From an uncultured delta proteobacterium (GTDB taxonomy: Bacteria; Desulfobacterota; Binatia; UBA9968), in assembly GCA_963727625.1 (NCBI GenBank), contig CAVSHR010000002.1:480001-544000 (forward strand): a stretch of DNA of 64,000 nt, given 5' to 3'. Positions within the stretch are counted from its first letter, which is position 1; each line of letters opens with the position of its first letter. Shown here one piece after another: positions 9,663-19,780 of this stretch. Under the pieces are notes generated by a model that had not been told where the DNA came from, did not search any database, and was given only the letters and a program-made list of their open reading frames with translations. The position numbers and the translations under genes are program-made.

Positions 9663-10457
9663 ATGGCGATGAACGGGCTACCTTTTCACACTTATTTTCT
9701 TTCCGCCTCGGTTGCTTTAGCGCTGGCGCTGGGCGGGTGCGCGCCGCGGCGGCCCTATCGCCCAGCCTATCCGCGCAACGAAGTTCTGTCCCCGCCCCGG
9801 GTGTCTCCGCCGGCTCCGGTTTCTCCGCCGATACCGCAAGGGAGCGACAGGCGGCCGCTGCCCCGGGTTCCAAGAATCAGCGAGCAAGATCTCAAGTCCA
9901 AAGCGCCGCCGGCTTACCCGATGGAAAAGGGGTCGAAGGAGACGGCGCGCCAAGGGGAGCTAGGCCAATATCCGCCGGCGCCGGAACCGATCCCGTCGGA
10001 GCCAACCCCGGCGGCTTTGCCGGACGACAGTTCGTTGCTCGCTAAAATCACGCCGGGAGTGACGCCGCAAAGAGCCGCTTCTTTGCGCCTTACCGATGAA
10101 GCCAGCAAGCTGCTTGACGCCGGCGAACCGGCCAAAGCCGTGACCCGCTTGGAACGCACCATCGTGATCGATTCGACCAATCCGTATGGTTATTATTATT
10201 TGGCTAAGGCTCAGTTTCGTCTCGGCCATTACCGAGAGTCGCTCAACTTCCTCGGCGTCGCCGAGTCTCGATTGAGCGGCGAGCCCTTCTGGCTTGCTGA
10301 AGTACAGGCCCTGCGCGGCGAGATTTATCGCGCCCTCGGGCAGCTGCAGCGGGCCGAGGAAAGTTATTTGCTGGCCTTGAAGTTGAATTCCGGCAATCGC
10401 ACTGCCACCGACGGTTTAGCGCGCCTCCAAGCTGAATCCCCATCAGCTTCCAGGTAA
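9663..10457 (+). CDS. Lipoprotein with Pro-rich linker and C-terminal TPR domain (LpoP-like)
   Basis: Lipobox LGG-C after a hydrophobic stretch, Pro-rich linker, TPR-like helices; directly follows PBP1B. Confidence 0.7.
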   Translation: MAMNGLPFHTYFLSASVALALALGGCAPRRPYRPAYPRNEVLSPPRVSPPAPVSPPIPQGSDRRPLPRVPRISEQDLKSKAPPAYPMEKGSKETARQGELGQYPPAPEPIPSEPTPAALPDDSSLLAKITPGVTPQRAASLRLTDEASKLLDAGEPAKAVTRLERTIVIDSTNPYGYYYLAKAQFRLGHYRESLNFLGVAESRLSGEPFWLAEVQALRGEIYRALGQLQRAEESYLLALKLNSGNRTATDGLARLQAESPSASR

Positions 10458-10468
10458 AGTATTTTCCC

Positions 10469-11467
10469 ATGTTAGTTCTCGGCGTCGAAACTTCCTGCGA
10501 CGACACCGCCGCCGCGGTGCTCCAAGACGGACGAACAATTCTCGCCAACCTGGTCTCCTCGCAGGACCAAGTGCACGGGCCCTATGGCGGGGTGGTGCCG
10601 GAGCTTGCCTCGCGCCAACATATCCGAAACGTCATTCCGATCGTCGACGGCGCTCTCAAAGAGGCCGGCGTTTCGCTCATGGATCTTCACGGCATTGCGG
10701 TCACCTGCGGGCCCGGCTTGGTCGGCTCTTTACTGGTCGGCCTTTCGTTGGTCAAGGGCATGTCGTTTCGCTCGGGCATTCCCTATGTCGGCGTGAATCA
10801 CCTCGAGGCACATCTCTTGGCGATTCATCTCGAACATGAAGTAGCGTTTCCGTACATCGCCTTGTTGGCTTCCGGCGGGCACACTTTGCTTTATTGCGTC
10901 AGGGGCGTCGGCGATTACGTTCACTTGGGCGGCACGCGCGACGATGCGGCGGGCGAGGCCTTCGACAAGGTGGCCAAAATGATGGGGCTCGGTTATCCCG
11001 GCGGGCGGATCATCGATCAGCTGGCGCAGAGCGGCGACGCCAAGGCGATTCGCTTCCCGCGCGCCAAACTGAGGAGCGACGCCTATGAGTTCAGCTTCAG
11101 CGGTATCAAGACCGCCGTCTGGCTCTTTCTCAAGTCGCGCCCGGAGGCGGAACTGAAAGCGCAACCGGCGGACGTCGCGGCGAGCTTTCAGGAAGCGGTC
11201 ACTGACATGCTCGTGCGCCCGACGATCAAAGCGGCGACCGCAAACGGAATCCGGCGCATCGTGCTCTCGGGCGGGGTCGCTGCCAACAGCCGGTTGCGCG
11301 CCAAGATGAAAGAGGAAGCCGATGCGGCGGGGATGGAAGTGTTTTTTCCTGCGCCGAAATTTTGCACGGACAATGGCGCGATGATCGCTCTGACCGGCTA
11401 TCATTGGCTCACGCGCGGCCGGCGCGACGATTTTCGGCTCAACGCCGACGCCGATCTGACCCTCTAA
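10469..11467 (+). CDS. tsaD: tRNA N6-threonylcarbamoyladenosine transferase
   Basis: GVETSCDDT, GGVVPELASRQH, NHLEAH, SGGHT, DDAAGEAFDK, TDNGAMIA. Confidence 0.96.
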   Translation: MLVLGVETSCDDTAAAVLQDGRTILANLVSSQDQVHGPYGGVVPELASRQHIRNVIPIVDGALKEAGVSLMDLHGIAVTCGPGLVGSLLVGLSLVKGMSFRSGIPYVGVNHLEAHLLAIHLEHEVAFPYIALLASGGHTLLYCVRGVGDYVHLGGTRDDAAGEAFDKVAKMMGLGYPGGRIIDQLAQSGDAKAIRFPRAKLRSDAYEFSFSGIKTAVWLFLKSRPEAELKAQPADVAASFQEAVTDMLVRPTIKAATANGIRRIVLSGGVAANSRLRAKMKEEADAAGMEVFFPAPKFCTDNGAMIALTGYHWLTRGRRDDFRLNADADLTL

Positions 11468-11508
11468 AAAATTTCAAATGTTCAAGGTTCAAGAATTCAA
11501 GGGATCGC

Positions 11509-12369
11509 ATGACCCTGTATGAAGAAGTTCGCGCCGCGTTGCGCGAATCGCCGTTCCGTCCGAAAAAGAGCCTAGGGCAAAATTTTTTGATTCACGAACG
11601 GGTGATCGATGCGATTCTCTGTTTGCTCGATTTTGCGCCGGACGACGAAGTGGTCGAAATCGGTCCGGGACTGGGATTTTTAACTCGGCGCTTGCTTGAA
11701 GCGGCGGCCAAGGTGTGGGCCGTGGAGGTCGATGCCGTGCTGGTCGAGCGTTTGCGCCAAAGTGGCCTGGCCGCCGACCCGAAGCTTGAGTTGATCCACG
11801 GCGATATCTTGGCGGTGCCTTTGACGGCTGTTTTGCCGCAGCGCAAAATCAAACTCGCCGGCAATTTGCCCTACAGCATCTCGACTGCGGTGCTGTTCAA
11901 GATCTTCGAGTGGCGCGAGCACTTTTCCTCTCTGGTCTTGATGGTGCAAAAGGAAGTCGCGGACCGCATCGCCAGCGCGCCGGGCAGCAAAGACTACGGT
12001 ACGCTGTCGGTTTGGTGCCAAGTGCATGGGCGCATCACCGACAAGGTCTCGGTTTCGCCGGAGGCCTTCTTTCCGCGCCCCAAGGTCCGCTCGACGGTGT
12101 TGAAAATTGAGCTGTTCGCCGAACCGCGCGTCGCTTCCGATGAACTAGCCCCGTTACGCGGCATCGTGCGCGCCGCCTTTGGCCAGCGGCGCAAAACCTT
12201 GGCCAACGCACTGGCGGCTTTTTCGAAGCGCGGGCGCGAGGAGGTTGAAAAATTTTTACGCGCCCAGGAGATCGATCCCACTCGGCGCGGCGAAACGCTT
12301 GGGGTGGACGAATTCATCAAACTTGCCCGCGCCGCGCGGGACCAGTCCTGGCCGGCCGTCGCTGACTGA
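11509..12369 (+). CDS. rsmA: 16S rRNA dimethyladenosine transferase KsgA
   Basis: KKSLGQNFL, EIGPGLG, NLPY, MVQKEVA, FFPRPKVRS, FGQRRKTL; start at ATG 11509. Confidence 0.95.
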   Translation: MTLYEEVRAALRESPFRPKKSLGQNFLIHERVIDAILCLLDFAPDDEVVEIGPGLGFLTRRLLEAAAKVWAVEVDAVLVERLRQSGLAADPKLELIHGDILAVPLTAVLPQRKIKLAGNLPYSISTAVLFKIFEWREHFSSLVLMVQKEVADRIASAPGSKDYGTLSVWCQVHGRITDKVSVSPEAFFPRPKVRSTVLKIELFAEPRVASDELAPLRGIVRAAFGQRRKTLANALAAFSKRGREEVEKFLRAQEIDPTRRGETLGVDEFIKLARAARDQSWPAVAD

Positions 12370-12380
12370 GCTGCAACTTT

Positions 12381-13202
12381 ATGCCCGAGCTACCCGAAGT
12401 CGAAACGGTTTGCCGCAGCCTGCGGCCGCATCTTTTGGGCCGAACCATCCGGCGCGTCCGAGTCGTGGAGCCGCGCTTGCGCGTGACGGTGGACGAAAAG
12501 CAATTGGCCGCGCTGGCGGGAAAGCGCGTCGATTCGATCACCCGCCTTGCCAAATATATTTTATTCAATCTCTCGGGAGATACAGTCTGGGTATTCCATC
12601 TCGGTATGTCGGGTAAGTTGATCTGCGTCGAGCCCCACACGGCGCGGCGCAAGCATGATCACATCCTCGTCGATCTCGATGACGGCGCCGAGTTGCGCTA
12701 CCACGACCCGCGCCGTTTCGGCCTGTCGCTGGTGACGCAAAGAAACGATTTGCCCGCGCTGCCGCAGTTTTGTCACGTGGGCTTGGATCCTTTCGACGCC
12801 GCGCTCACCGGCGAATACTTGTATCGCTTCACCCGCACCTCGGAGCGGCGCATTCGCGATCTGTTGCTCGACCAGCAGATTGTCGCCGGGCTGGGCAATA
12901 TTTACGCCAACGAGATTCTGGCGATGACCGGGATCAAGCCCACCGTGCGTGCCCATCGCCTGACGCGCAAGCAGGTGGACGCGATCGCGCGGACGGTTCC
13001 GGCGTTGCTCCGGGACGCGATTCGCTGGTGCGGCACGTCGTTCTCCGACTACCGTGACGCCGACGACAAAACGGGAGAGTTTCAAAATCATCTGCGGGTC
13101 TACGATCGCGACGGCGAGCGGTGCCGGGTCTGCCCGAGCAAAGTGAAGCGCGTGGCGATCGGCAACCGCAGCGCGTTTTACTGCCCGACGTGTCAGAAGT
13201 AG
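12381..13202 (+). CDS. mutM: Formamidopyrimidine-DNA glycosylase
   Basis: MPELPEVE N-terminus, HLGMSG, GLGNIYANE, C-terminal CxxC..CxxC zinc finger. Confidence 0.96.
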   Translation: MPELPEVETVCRSLRPHLLGRTIRRVRVVEPRLRVTVDEKQLAALAGKRVDSITRLAKYILFNLSGDTVWVFHLGMSGKLICVEPHTARRKHDHILVDLDDGAELRYHDPRRFGLSLVTQRNDLPALPQFCHVGLDPFDAALTGEYLYRFTRTSERRIRDLLLDQQIVAGLGNIYANEILAMTGIKPTVRAHRLTRKQVDAIARTVPALLRDAIRWCGTSFSDYRDADDKTGEFQNHLRVYDRDGERCRVCPSKVKRVAIGNRSAFYCPTCQK

Positions 13203-13272
13203 GATGCCGGGTTCCAATTGTTCCAAGCGAATCTAAGAACAATATCGCGATGCTATTGCAAGCTCTCACGCC

Positions 13273-14502
13273 ATGAACCGAAATCGACTGCTTTCGCCGC
13301 TGCGCCATCGCGACTTTCGATTGTTCTGGCTCGGCCTGTTGCTCTCCAGCGTGGGCAGCCAGTTTACTCAGGTGGCGATGGCGTGGCAGATCTACGAGCT
13401 GACCAATTCGCCGCTGCAGATAGGCCTGCTCGGCCTGGTGCGTGCCGTGCCGCAGATGATCATTCTCTTGTTCGGCGGGCTTCTCGCCGACACGATGAAC
13501 CGGCGCAAGCTGATGATGGCGACCCAGGGCAGCTTGTTTTTCGTCTCAGGGTCTTTGGCGCTGCTCACTTCATCGGGTCGGGTGACCCCGCTCACGCTTT
13601 ACGGCGTGACCGTATTTCTCGCGCTGTTTAGCTCGTTGGAATCGCCGTCGCGCCAAGCCATCGTCACGAACCTGGTGCCCGCCGAGGATTTAGCGCGCGC
13701 GCTGGCGATTTCGAGCACGCAGCGGCAAATCGCAACCATCGCCGGCCCGTCGGTCGCCGGGTTGGTCCTGGCGTTCGCCGGCCCCAGCGTTTGTTACGCC
13801 GTCGACGCGATTTCCTGGCTCATCATGCTCGGCGCGCTGGCATGCATTCGCACCCAGTTGCCCGAGCGCGGCGGCTGGCGCACGATCAAGCTCGACTCGC
13901 TGCGCGCCGGTTTTCATTTCGTCTGGGGCCACACAGTGATCTTGCCGTTTTTGATGATGGACTTCGGCGCCAATATCTTCGGCACGGTGCGCTCGCTGTA
14001 TCCGATTTACGCGCGCGATATCCTAGCCGTCGGGCCGCAGGGCTTGGGCGTGTTATACGCGGCCAGCGCGGTGGGCGCTTTGCTTGGCGCAGTGGGATTT
14101 AGCTTGTGGGGACCGCTACGGCGGGCGGGGCGCTGGATACTTTTCGGCGTGACGATCTACGGAACCTGTCTGCTGCTTTTCGCCAACTCGCATATTTTCT
14201 GGCTGTCGATTTTATTACTGATCGGTTCCGGCATCGGCGATACCATCAGCGCGATCCTGCGCTCGACCATCAATCAGCTCAGCACGCCCGACGATCTGCG
14301 CGGCCGCATGGCGTCGATCAACAGCATTTTCACCAACAGCGGGCCGCAGCTCGGCCAGTTCCAGGCCGGCGCCCTGGCCGCTGCGATCGGCACCGAGTTC
14401 GCCGCCACCGCCGGGGCGCTGGTGATTCTGTTTATCGTCGGATTACTAATTTTGCGCTTTCCGCATGTGCGGGAGTATCGGATCGTGCAGTCGAATCCTT
14501 AG
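13273..14502 (+). CDS. MFS transporter (EntS/MFS_3-like)
   Basis: About 12 hydrophobic segments; LRHRDFRLFW, GLLADTMNRRK, TPDDLRGR. Confidence 0.88.
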   Translation: MNRNRLLSPLRHRDFRLFWLGLLLSSVGSQFTQVAMAWQIYELTNSPLQIGLLGLVRAVPQMIILLFGGLLADTMNRRKLMMATQGSLFFVSGSLALLTSSGRVTPLTLYGVTVFLALFSSLESPSRQAIVTNLVPAEDLARALAISSTQRQIATIAGPSVAGLVLAFAGPSVCYAVDAISWLIMLGALACIRTQLPERGGWRTIKLDSLRAGFHFVWGHTVILPFLMMDFGANIFGTVRSLYPIYARDILAVGPQGLGVLYAASAVGALLGAVGFSLWGPLRRAGRWILFGVTIYGTCLLLFANSHIFWLSILLLIGSGIGDTISAILRSTINQLSTPDDLRGRMASINSIFTNSGPQLGQFQAGALAAAIGTEFAATAGALVILFIVGLLILRFPHVREYRIVQSNP

Positions 14503-14572
14503 CACTCAAAGCCAATCAAACGGCTTTGAGTGACCGCGCAGCGGACGAGTGGCTCTAATCGCGCCACAAACG

Positions 14573-15502
14573 TTAGCTTGCAGCGCCGTTCCCCTGCTGT
14601 TTGATCACGTTCATCGCCAGGGCAATCATCGAGCCCACGTCGCTCAGCGTCGCTGGCAAGATCAGCGTGTTGCCTTTTTGCGCCAGCTTGCCGAATTCCA
14701 CGAGATAATTTTCCGCAACGCGCAGTTGGACCGCCTCGAAACCGCCGGGCTGCTGGATCGCCTCCGCCACTTTGCGGATTCCGTTGGCGGTCGCCTCGGC
14801 GATGGCGAGGATCGCCGCCGCTTGGCCCTCGGCTTCGTTGATTTGCTGCTGTTTCTTGCCTTTCGACGCTTTGATCGCCTGTTGCTTTTCGCCCTCCGCG
14901 CTGTTGATCGCGGCATCGCGCTAGCCTTCCGAGGTCAGGATCAGCGCGCGCTTCTCTCGTTCGGCGCGCATCTGCTTCTCCATGGCGGCGAGAATGTCCT
15001 GCGGCGGAGTGATGTTTTTGATTTCGTAGCGCATCACTTTGATGCCCCAGGGTTCCGAAGCCTTATCCAGTTCGGTCACCACCTGGGTGTTGATGTTGGT
15101 GCGCTCCTCGAAGGTCTGGTCGAGCTCGATCTTGCCGAGCTCGCTGCGCAAAGTCGTTTGCGCCAACTGGGTAATTCCAAATATATAATCGCCGATGCCG
15201 TAGGAGGCGCGCTCCGGATTCATGACCTTCAAGTAAAGCACGCCGTCAACCGCCACCTGAACGTTGTCGCGGGTAATGCAAACCTGCGGCGGAATATCGA
15301 TCGCTTGTTCCTTCAGTAAATGTTTGTAGCGCACGACGTGGGGAAACGGCACCAGGATGTGAAAATCGGCGCTCAGCGTGCCGCTGAATTTGCCCAGACG
15401 CTCAACCACATAAGCACTCTGCTGCGGCACGACCACCGCGGTCTTGGCGACCACGATGATGACGAGCAAGGCGAGCGCGGTGACGACGATGAATCCACCC
15501 AT
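14573..15502 (-). pseudogene. SPFH/stomatin-like (slipin/QmcA) gene interrupted by an in-frame TAG at 14921-14923
   Basis: VVERLGKF, ITRDNVQV.VDG, AQTTLRSELGK, AEREKRA. The frame continues past the TAG (RDAAINSAEGEKQQAI...VAENYLVEFGKLA) to a stop at 14573. Confidence 0.85.
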
Positions 15503-15515
15503 GATTTTCTCCGTT

Positions 15516-15951
15516 TCAGTTTTGCTCGGCGCGAACAAAGATCGTGAGCCCATCGACCCGGTCGACTTTACAGCGCTCGCCGCGCGCCAGCGGCTTGTCG
15601 CCGACGTTGCGGGCGTTCCAGCAAGTGCCATGCAGCTCGGCCTTGCCCACGGTGTTGACGTCGATCTCGTCAACGGCCACGGCGGTTTCACCGATCAAGC
15701 TGTCCACATCCCGGCGCGGTCCGCTTTGGGTCAAGCGCAGCAGTTTCTCACGAAAAAGCCAGAGGGACAGCACCGAGAGCACAGGGAACAGGACAATTTG
15801 GAACCACAGCGGGCCGGCGATGTCGAAGGCCGAAAGAATGCCCACGATTACGGCGCCGGCGCCGAAGAAAAGGATATAGAAACCACCCGCCGCAACCACT
15901 TCGGCCAAAAGCAAAACCAGGCCTAAAAAAAATCCAAGTCCACCATTCCAT
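15516..15951 (-). pseudogene. NfeD-family membrane protein with a +1 frameshift in a T8 run (15925-15932)
   Basis: Removing one T joins MEWWTWIF to LGLVLLLAEVV...GKAELHGTCWNA..VDRVDGLTIFV (NfeD OB fold); lies upstream of the SPFH gene. Confidence 0.8.
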
Positions 15952-16041
15952 TGTTTTTACCCCGTGAGCGTCGCTGAAGGTAACCGAGGGGGGAGTAGTT
16001 TTTCAACCCTGCGACTAGGACGTGCGAGGACTGCCGGCGTT

Positions 16042-16788
16042 TCAGCGCGACGACAAGGCGATAAATTTTTTTTCGACACCGAACAGATTGATGAATTCAC
16101 CGAAAACCCGCTGGCTCAGCTGGTTGAGCCGGGCCATGTATTCAGGGGTTTCCCGGTGAATGCGATCAAGGTAGGCGGCGCCGTGCAGGGCGGAGATCTC
16201 TTTGCGGTTCTCCGTGACTCTAAGCCAGCGATGGATCATCGGCTCGTCCACTTCCAAGTGGAACTGAAAACCGTAGACTATTTTGCCGTAGCGAAATGCT
16301 TGATTGGCGCAGAGTGGCGAGATAGCCAGATGGCGAGCGTGGCTCGGGATGTCGAAGGTCTCGCCGTGCCACTGAAAAATTTTTTCCGAGGCTTGTAACT
16401 CCATCAGCAAAGGGTCGCAACCCGCTTCCTCGGTAGGGGCAACATCGTACCAGCCGATCTCTTTTTCGCGGTTGGGGTAAACCGCCGCGCCCAGTGTCTT
16501 GGCGATCAGTTGCGCGCCCAGGCAAATGCCCAGCACGGGAAGGTCCCGCCGCATCGCCTCTTCGATCAACTTCATTTCGACGGTTAAGTGGGGCCGACGG
16601 CCGGAATCATTGGCGCTCATAGGCCCGCCCAGAATCACCAGGCCGTCGTAACCGTCGAGACTCGGTTGGGCGTCCGGATGGCGCGCGAAGTTCACGTAGC
16701 GGATGCGAAAGCCGGACCGCTTGAGCAGGGGATTCAGAGTTCCCAGGAGCTCATGGGCAACATGCTGGAGGACGAGGAGTTTTTTCAT
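16042..16788 (-). CDS. Class I glutamine amidotransferase (GMP synthase-like)
   Basis: LGGPMS, LGICLGAQL, QWHGETF, FQFHLE catalytic motifs. Confidence 0.9.
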   Translation of the reverse strand: MKKLLVLQHVAHELLGTLNPLLKRSGFRIRYVNFARHPDAQPSLDGYDGLVILGGPMSANDSGRRPHLTVEMKLIEEAMRRDLPVLGICLGAQLIAKTLGAAVYPNREKEIGWYDVAPTEEAGCDPLLMELQASEKIFQWHGETFDIPSHARHLAISPLCANQAFRYGKIVYGFQFHLEVDEPMIHRWLRVTENRKEISALHGAAYLDRIHRETPEYMARLNQLSQRVFGEFINLFGVEKKFIALSSR

Positions 16789-16944
16789 CGAGGTTAAATT
16801 TGTAATTGAGACGAAATCATTATAGCGCGCGATCGCGCGTTATTAAAATAGCGACTCGCCGGCCCGGGTCGACGAAACTAGACCCCGTTACCGAAGCGGT
16901 ATCTGGCGCTAAGCGTCAGCGCTTGATAAGCGTTTATTAGAGCC

Positions 16945-18507
16945 ATGAAGAACCGGGAAATCGCTGCCGCGTGGGCTTATCACAACGGCACCAAGCATTC
17001 GTACGAAAGCATTCGCAGAAGTCCGCACTATCTCGATTGGGAAAATCAGCCGCTGCCGTTCAAGATCTATCCCAAGCTAGAGCGGATACCTCTATACCCG
17101 CATCTCTCCTCTTCAGGTATGCCCGCGCTGTCCGCCATTGCCTCGGCCGGCGCGGTGCCGGATCAACCCTCGACTCCGACGGGCCAGCGTCTTGCGGAGA
17201 TTTTATTTCTCTCCGCCGGCATCACCAGGCGGCGCAGTTATCCCGGCGGCGAAATGCTTTTCCGCGCGGCGGCCTGCACCGGCGCGCTTTATCATATCGA
17301 TTTGTATGTCGTCTGCGGCGATATTGAGGATCTGGAAGCGGGAGTTTACCAATTCAGCCCGCAGGACTTCGCCTTGTGCAGACTGCGTGCCGGCGATTAT
17401 CGTTGTGTCCTGGTGAACGCCAGCGGTGAAGAGCCCGCGATGGTGAAGGCGCCCTGCGTGATCGTCAGCGTCTCCACGTTTTGGCGAAATGCATGGAAAT
17501 ACCAATCGCGCGCCTATCGGCATTGCTACTGGGATAACGGCACCCTTGTCGCCAATCTCTTGGCCGCTGCGGCTGCTCGCAAAGTGCCAGCGAAGCTAGT
17601 TCTCGGCTTCGTCGATGGGACAGTGAATCAGCTTTTGGCCTTGGATCGCCAGCGCGAGGCGCCACTTTCCCTGGTTGCGCTCGGCCATTCATCGGCAAAA
17701 AGGATCGATCCGTCTTTGCCGATCGCGCCGCTGGTGGCGGAAACGACGCCGTTGTCGAAGACCGAAGTCGATTATCCGGCGATGAGCGCGATGCACGAGG
17801 CATCATCGTTGGAAAGCGACGAGGAAGTTCGGACATGGCGCGAAGGGGCGGAAAAGGCGGAAGGCGAAAGGATAAAAGATGAAGGGGGAGAATCACGTCT
17901 GTTTCCGCTTCACCTCTTGCCAGATGAGGATCTCCCCCAGGACACCATCGAGGAAGTTATTACGCGGCGCGGCTCGACGCGCGAGTTTGTCCGTGAAGCG
18001 ATCAGCTTCGCGCAGCTCTCGATCATGCTCGATCGAGCCACGTGTGGCATAGACGCGGATTTTCTTTGCGACGCAGTCGCCTCGCTCAACGAGATTTATC
18101 TCATCGTCCACGCGGTGGACGGCTTGCCTGCGGGCGCTTTCGTTTATCGCCGTGATCTACCGGCATTGGAGCTTCTCAGAGAAGGCGACTTTCGCCGCGA
18201 GGCGGGTTATCTCGGCCTGGGTCAGGAGATCCCGGCGGACTGCAGCGTCAACATTTATTTTCTCGCCGATCTGAATTACGCTCTGGAGCGCTTCGGCAAT
18301 CGCGGTTACCGCGCCGCCCAGCTCGAAGCGGCGATCATGGGCGGCAGGCTTTACCTTGCCGCCTACGCCCAGCGCCTCGGCGCCTCCGGTCTCACCTTCT
18401 TCGATGACGACGTCACGGAGTTTTTCTCGCCCCACGCGGCCGGCAAGAGCGTGATGTTTCTGATCGCGGCGGGGAATTCGTTGAAGCGCAACGGCACAAA
18501 AGCATAA
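16945..18507 (+). CDS. SagB/ThcOx-family nitroreductase-fold dehydrogenase (two domains)
   Basis: RAAACTGALY, WKYQSRAYR..YWDNG; second domain RRGSTREF...RGYRAAQLEA. Confidence 0.85.
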   Translation: MKNREIAAAWAYHNGTKHSYESIRRSPHYLDWENQPLPFKIYPKLERIPLYPHLSSSGMPALSAIASAGAVPDQPSTPTGQRLAEILFLSAGITRRRSYPGGEMLFRAAACTGALYHIDLYVVCGDIEDLEAGVYQFSPQDFALCRLRAGDYRCVLVNASGEEPAMVKAPCVIVSVSTFWRNAWKYQSRAYRHCYWDNGTLVANLLAAAAARKVPAKLVLGFVDGTVNQLLALDRQREAPLSLVALGHSSAKRIDPSLPIAPLVAETTPLSKTEVDYPAMSAMHEASSLESDEEVRTWREGAEKAEGERIKDEGGESRLFPLHLLPDEDLPQDTIEEVITRRGSTREFVREAISFAQLSIMLDRATCGIDADFLCDAVASLNEIYLIVHAVDGLPAGAFVYRRDLPALELLREGDFRREAGYLGLGQEIPADCSVNIYFLADLNYALERFGNRGYRAAQLEAAIMGGRLYLAAYAQRLGASGLTFFDDDVTEFFSPHAAGKSVMFLIAAGNSLKRNGTKA

Positions 18508-18543
18508 CCATTCGAGCCGTGATAGACCACGGCACGAAAAAGT

Positions 18544-19407
18544 TTATTGCATCACAGCGATGCCGTGATGCTGCAGCACGCGGATCTCGAGCGATGCCGG
18601 CAGGCCGTCCTTGCTCACCGCGAGCGTGTCGCCTTTTAAAAATTCTGTTTTTATTCCCACGGTGAATTGTTTCACCTGGTAGGCGTTATCGCGATAATGC
18701 ATCGGGATGGCGATCTTCGGCTTGAGCTGGGCTAGCACTTCTCTTGCTAGGTTCGGGTCCATGGTGCGCCGGCCGCCGATGGGTGTCAGGGCGACGTCGA
18801 TTTTGCCGAAGGCTTTGATTTGCTGCTCGTTGAGTTTCTGGCTCAAGTCGCCCAGATGGGCGATGCACAAGTTGCCTAAATCGAAGACGAATGCCGAGCC
18901 TTGGATGCCTTCTATAAACTCGGCGTTTTGATGGATCGGCACGTTATAGATGTAAGTGTCCTTGAAGCTCATGCTGATCGTGTTCCAGCCGGCGCCGAAG
19001 TCCTTGAGCCCGCGCAGGATCACCGGATTGCCCTGGACGATTTGCACGGCGTTGTGGTTGAACTGCTCTTTGCCCACGGTGACGATATCGCCGACGATGT
19101 TGGGTGTCGGATACCATCCGGGTCCCAGGGGGTCGGTGACGATGCGCGTGCCTTTGCTGGTGGTGATCAGAAAAAAATTGTGGCCGAAGTATTGAATCGT
19201 GGCATCGACATTTGCGGCGTAGGCAAGCGAGCCAAAGCCGCGGCGCGCGACATCCGGGTCTCGGCAGGCGGAATGAGCGGAAGCAATTACAGTGAGCAGT
19301 GAGGTGATGAAAAGCGCACAAGCAAAAGATAACGGTAGGGAGCTACTTTGATTAAAGCGCTTCATGACGCCAACGACCACGATCGCGAGCACGGTTTTTC
19401 TCGCCAC
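18544..19407 (-). CDS. Secreted metallo-beta-lactamase-fold protein (start uncertain)
   Basis: YFGHNFFLI...IVTDP, IAHLGD, IPMHY; N-terminal hydrophobic signal; the usual HxHxDH motif is degenerate (KEQFNH). Confidence 0.75.
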   Translation of the reverse strand: MARKTVLAIVVVGVMKRFNQSSSLPLSFACALFITSLLTVIASAHSACRDPDVARRGFGSLAYAANVDATIQYFGHNFFLITTSKGTRIVTDPLGPGWYPTPNIVGDIVTVGKEQFNHNAVQIVQGNPVILRGLKDFGAGWNTISMSFKDTYIYNVPIHQNAEFIEGIQGSAFVFDLGNLCIAHLGDLSQKLNEQQIKAFGKIDVALTPIGGRRTMDPNLAREVLAQLKPKIAIPMHYRDNAYQVKQFTVGIKTEFLKGDTLAVSKDGLPASLEIRVLQHHGIAVMQ

Positions 19408-19780
19408 TCCCCGGATCCACGAAGACGAGGCTATTGGATTGAAACGGAAAAGACAATCGCTGACTCTGTCGCGTTGAAAGTTACTGTGAGCCGAAGCTTT
19501 TTCCGGCAGCCACGAAGCCCATCAGATCGCGCAGCTCCGGTTTTTGGGACCTATTCACGATCCAATTTCTCGTTGGGCATCGGATGTTCGCCGATGTGGC
19601 TGCACTGCTCAGGAGGAGGCTTGAGGGGGTCGATCCACCGAAGCTGTTCGCGTGATGCTTGGATAGGATCGACCGGATCAATCGTTCTGGGCTATTGGTG
19701 GAACAACAGCTTAGATAGCCGAACGTGAGCGAGGTCAGGACCGTTTGCTAGGACCAATTCACAAGATTGCTCAGCGAAGG

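Noticed and set aside
14921-14923. Pyrrolysine or genetic-code reassignment of TAG
   Set aside because: Single instance in an operon with another lesion. TAG terminates several intact genes here, and no pyl genes are in the window.
16945-18507. RiPP (azole) biosynthetic cluster around the SagB-like gene
   Set aside because: No YcaO, E1-like protein or precursor peptide nearby; stand-alone two-domain SagB-like proteins are common.
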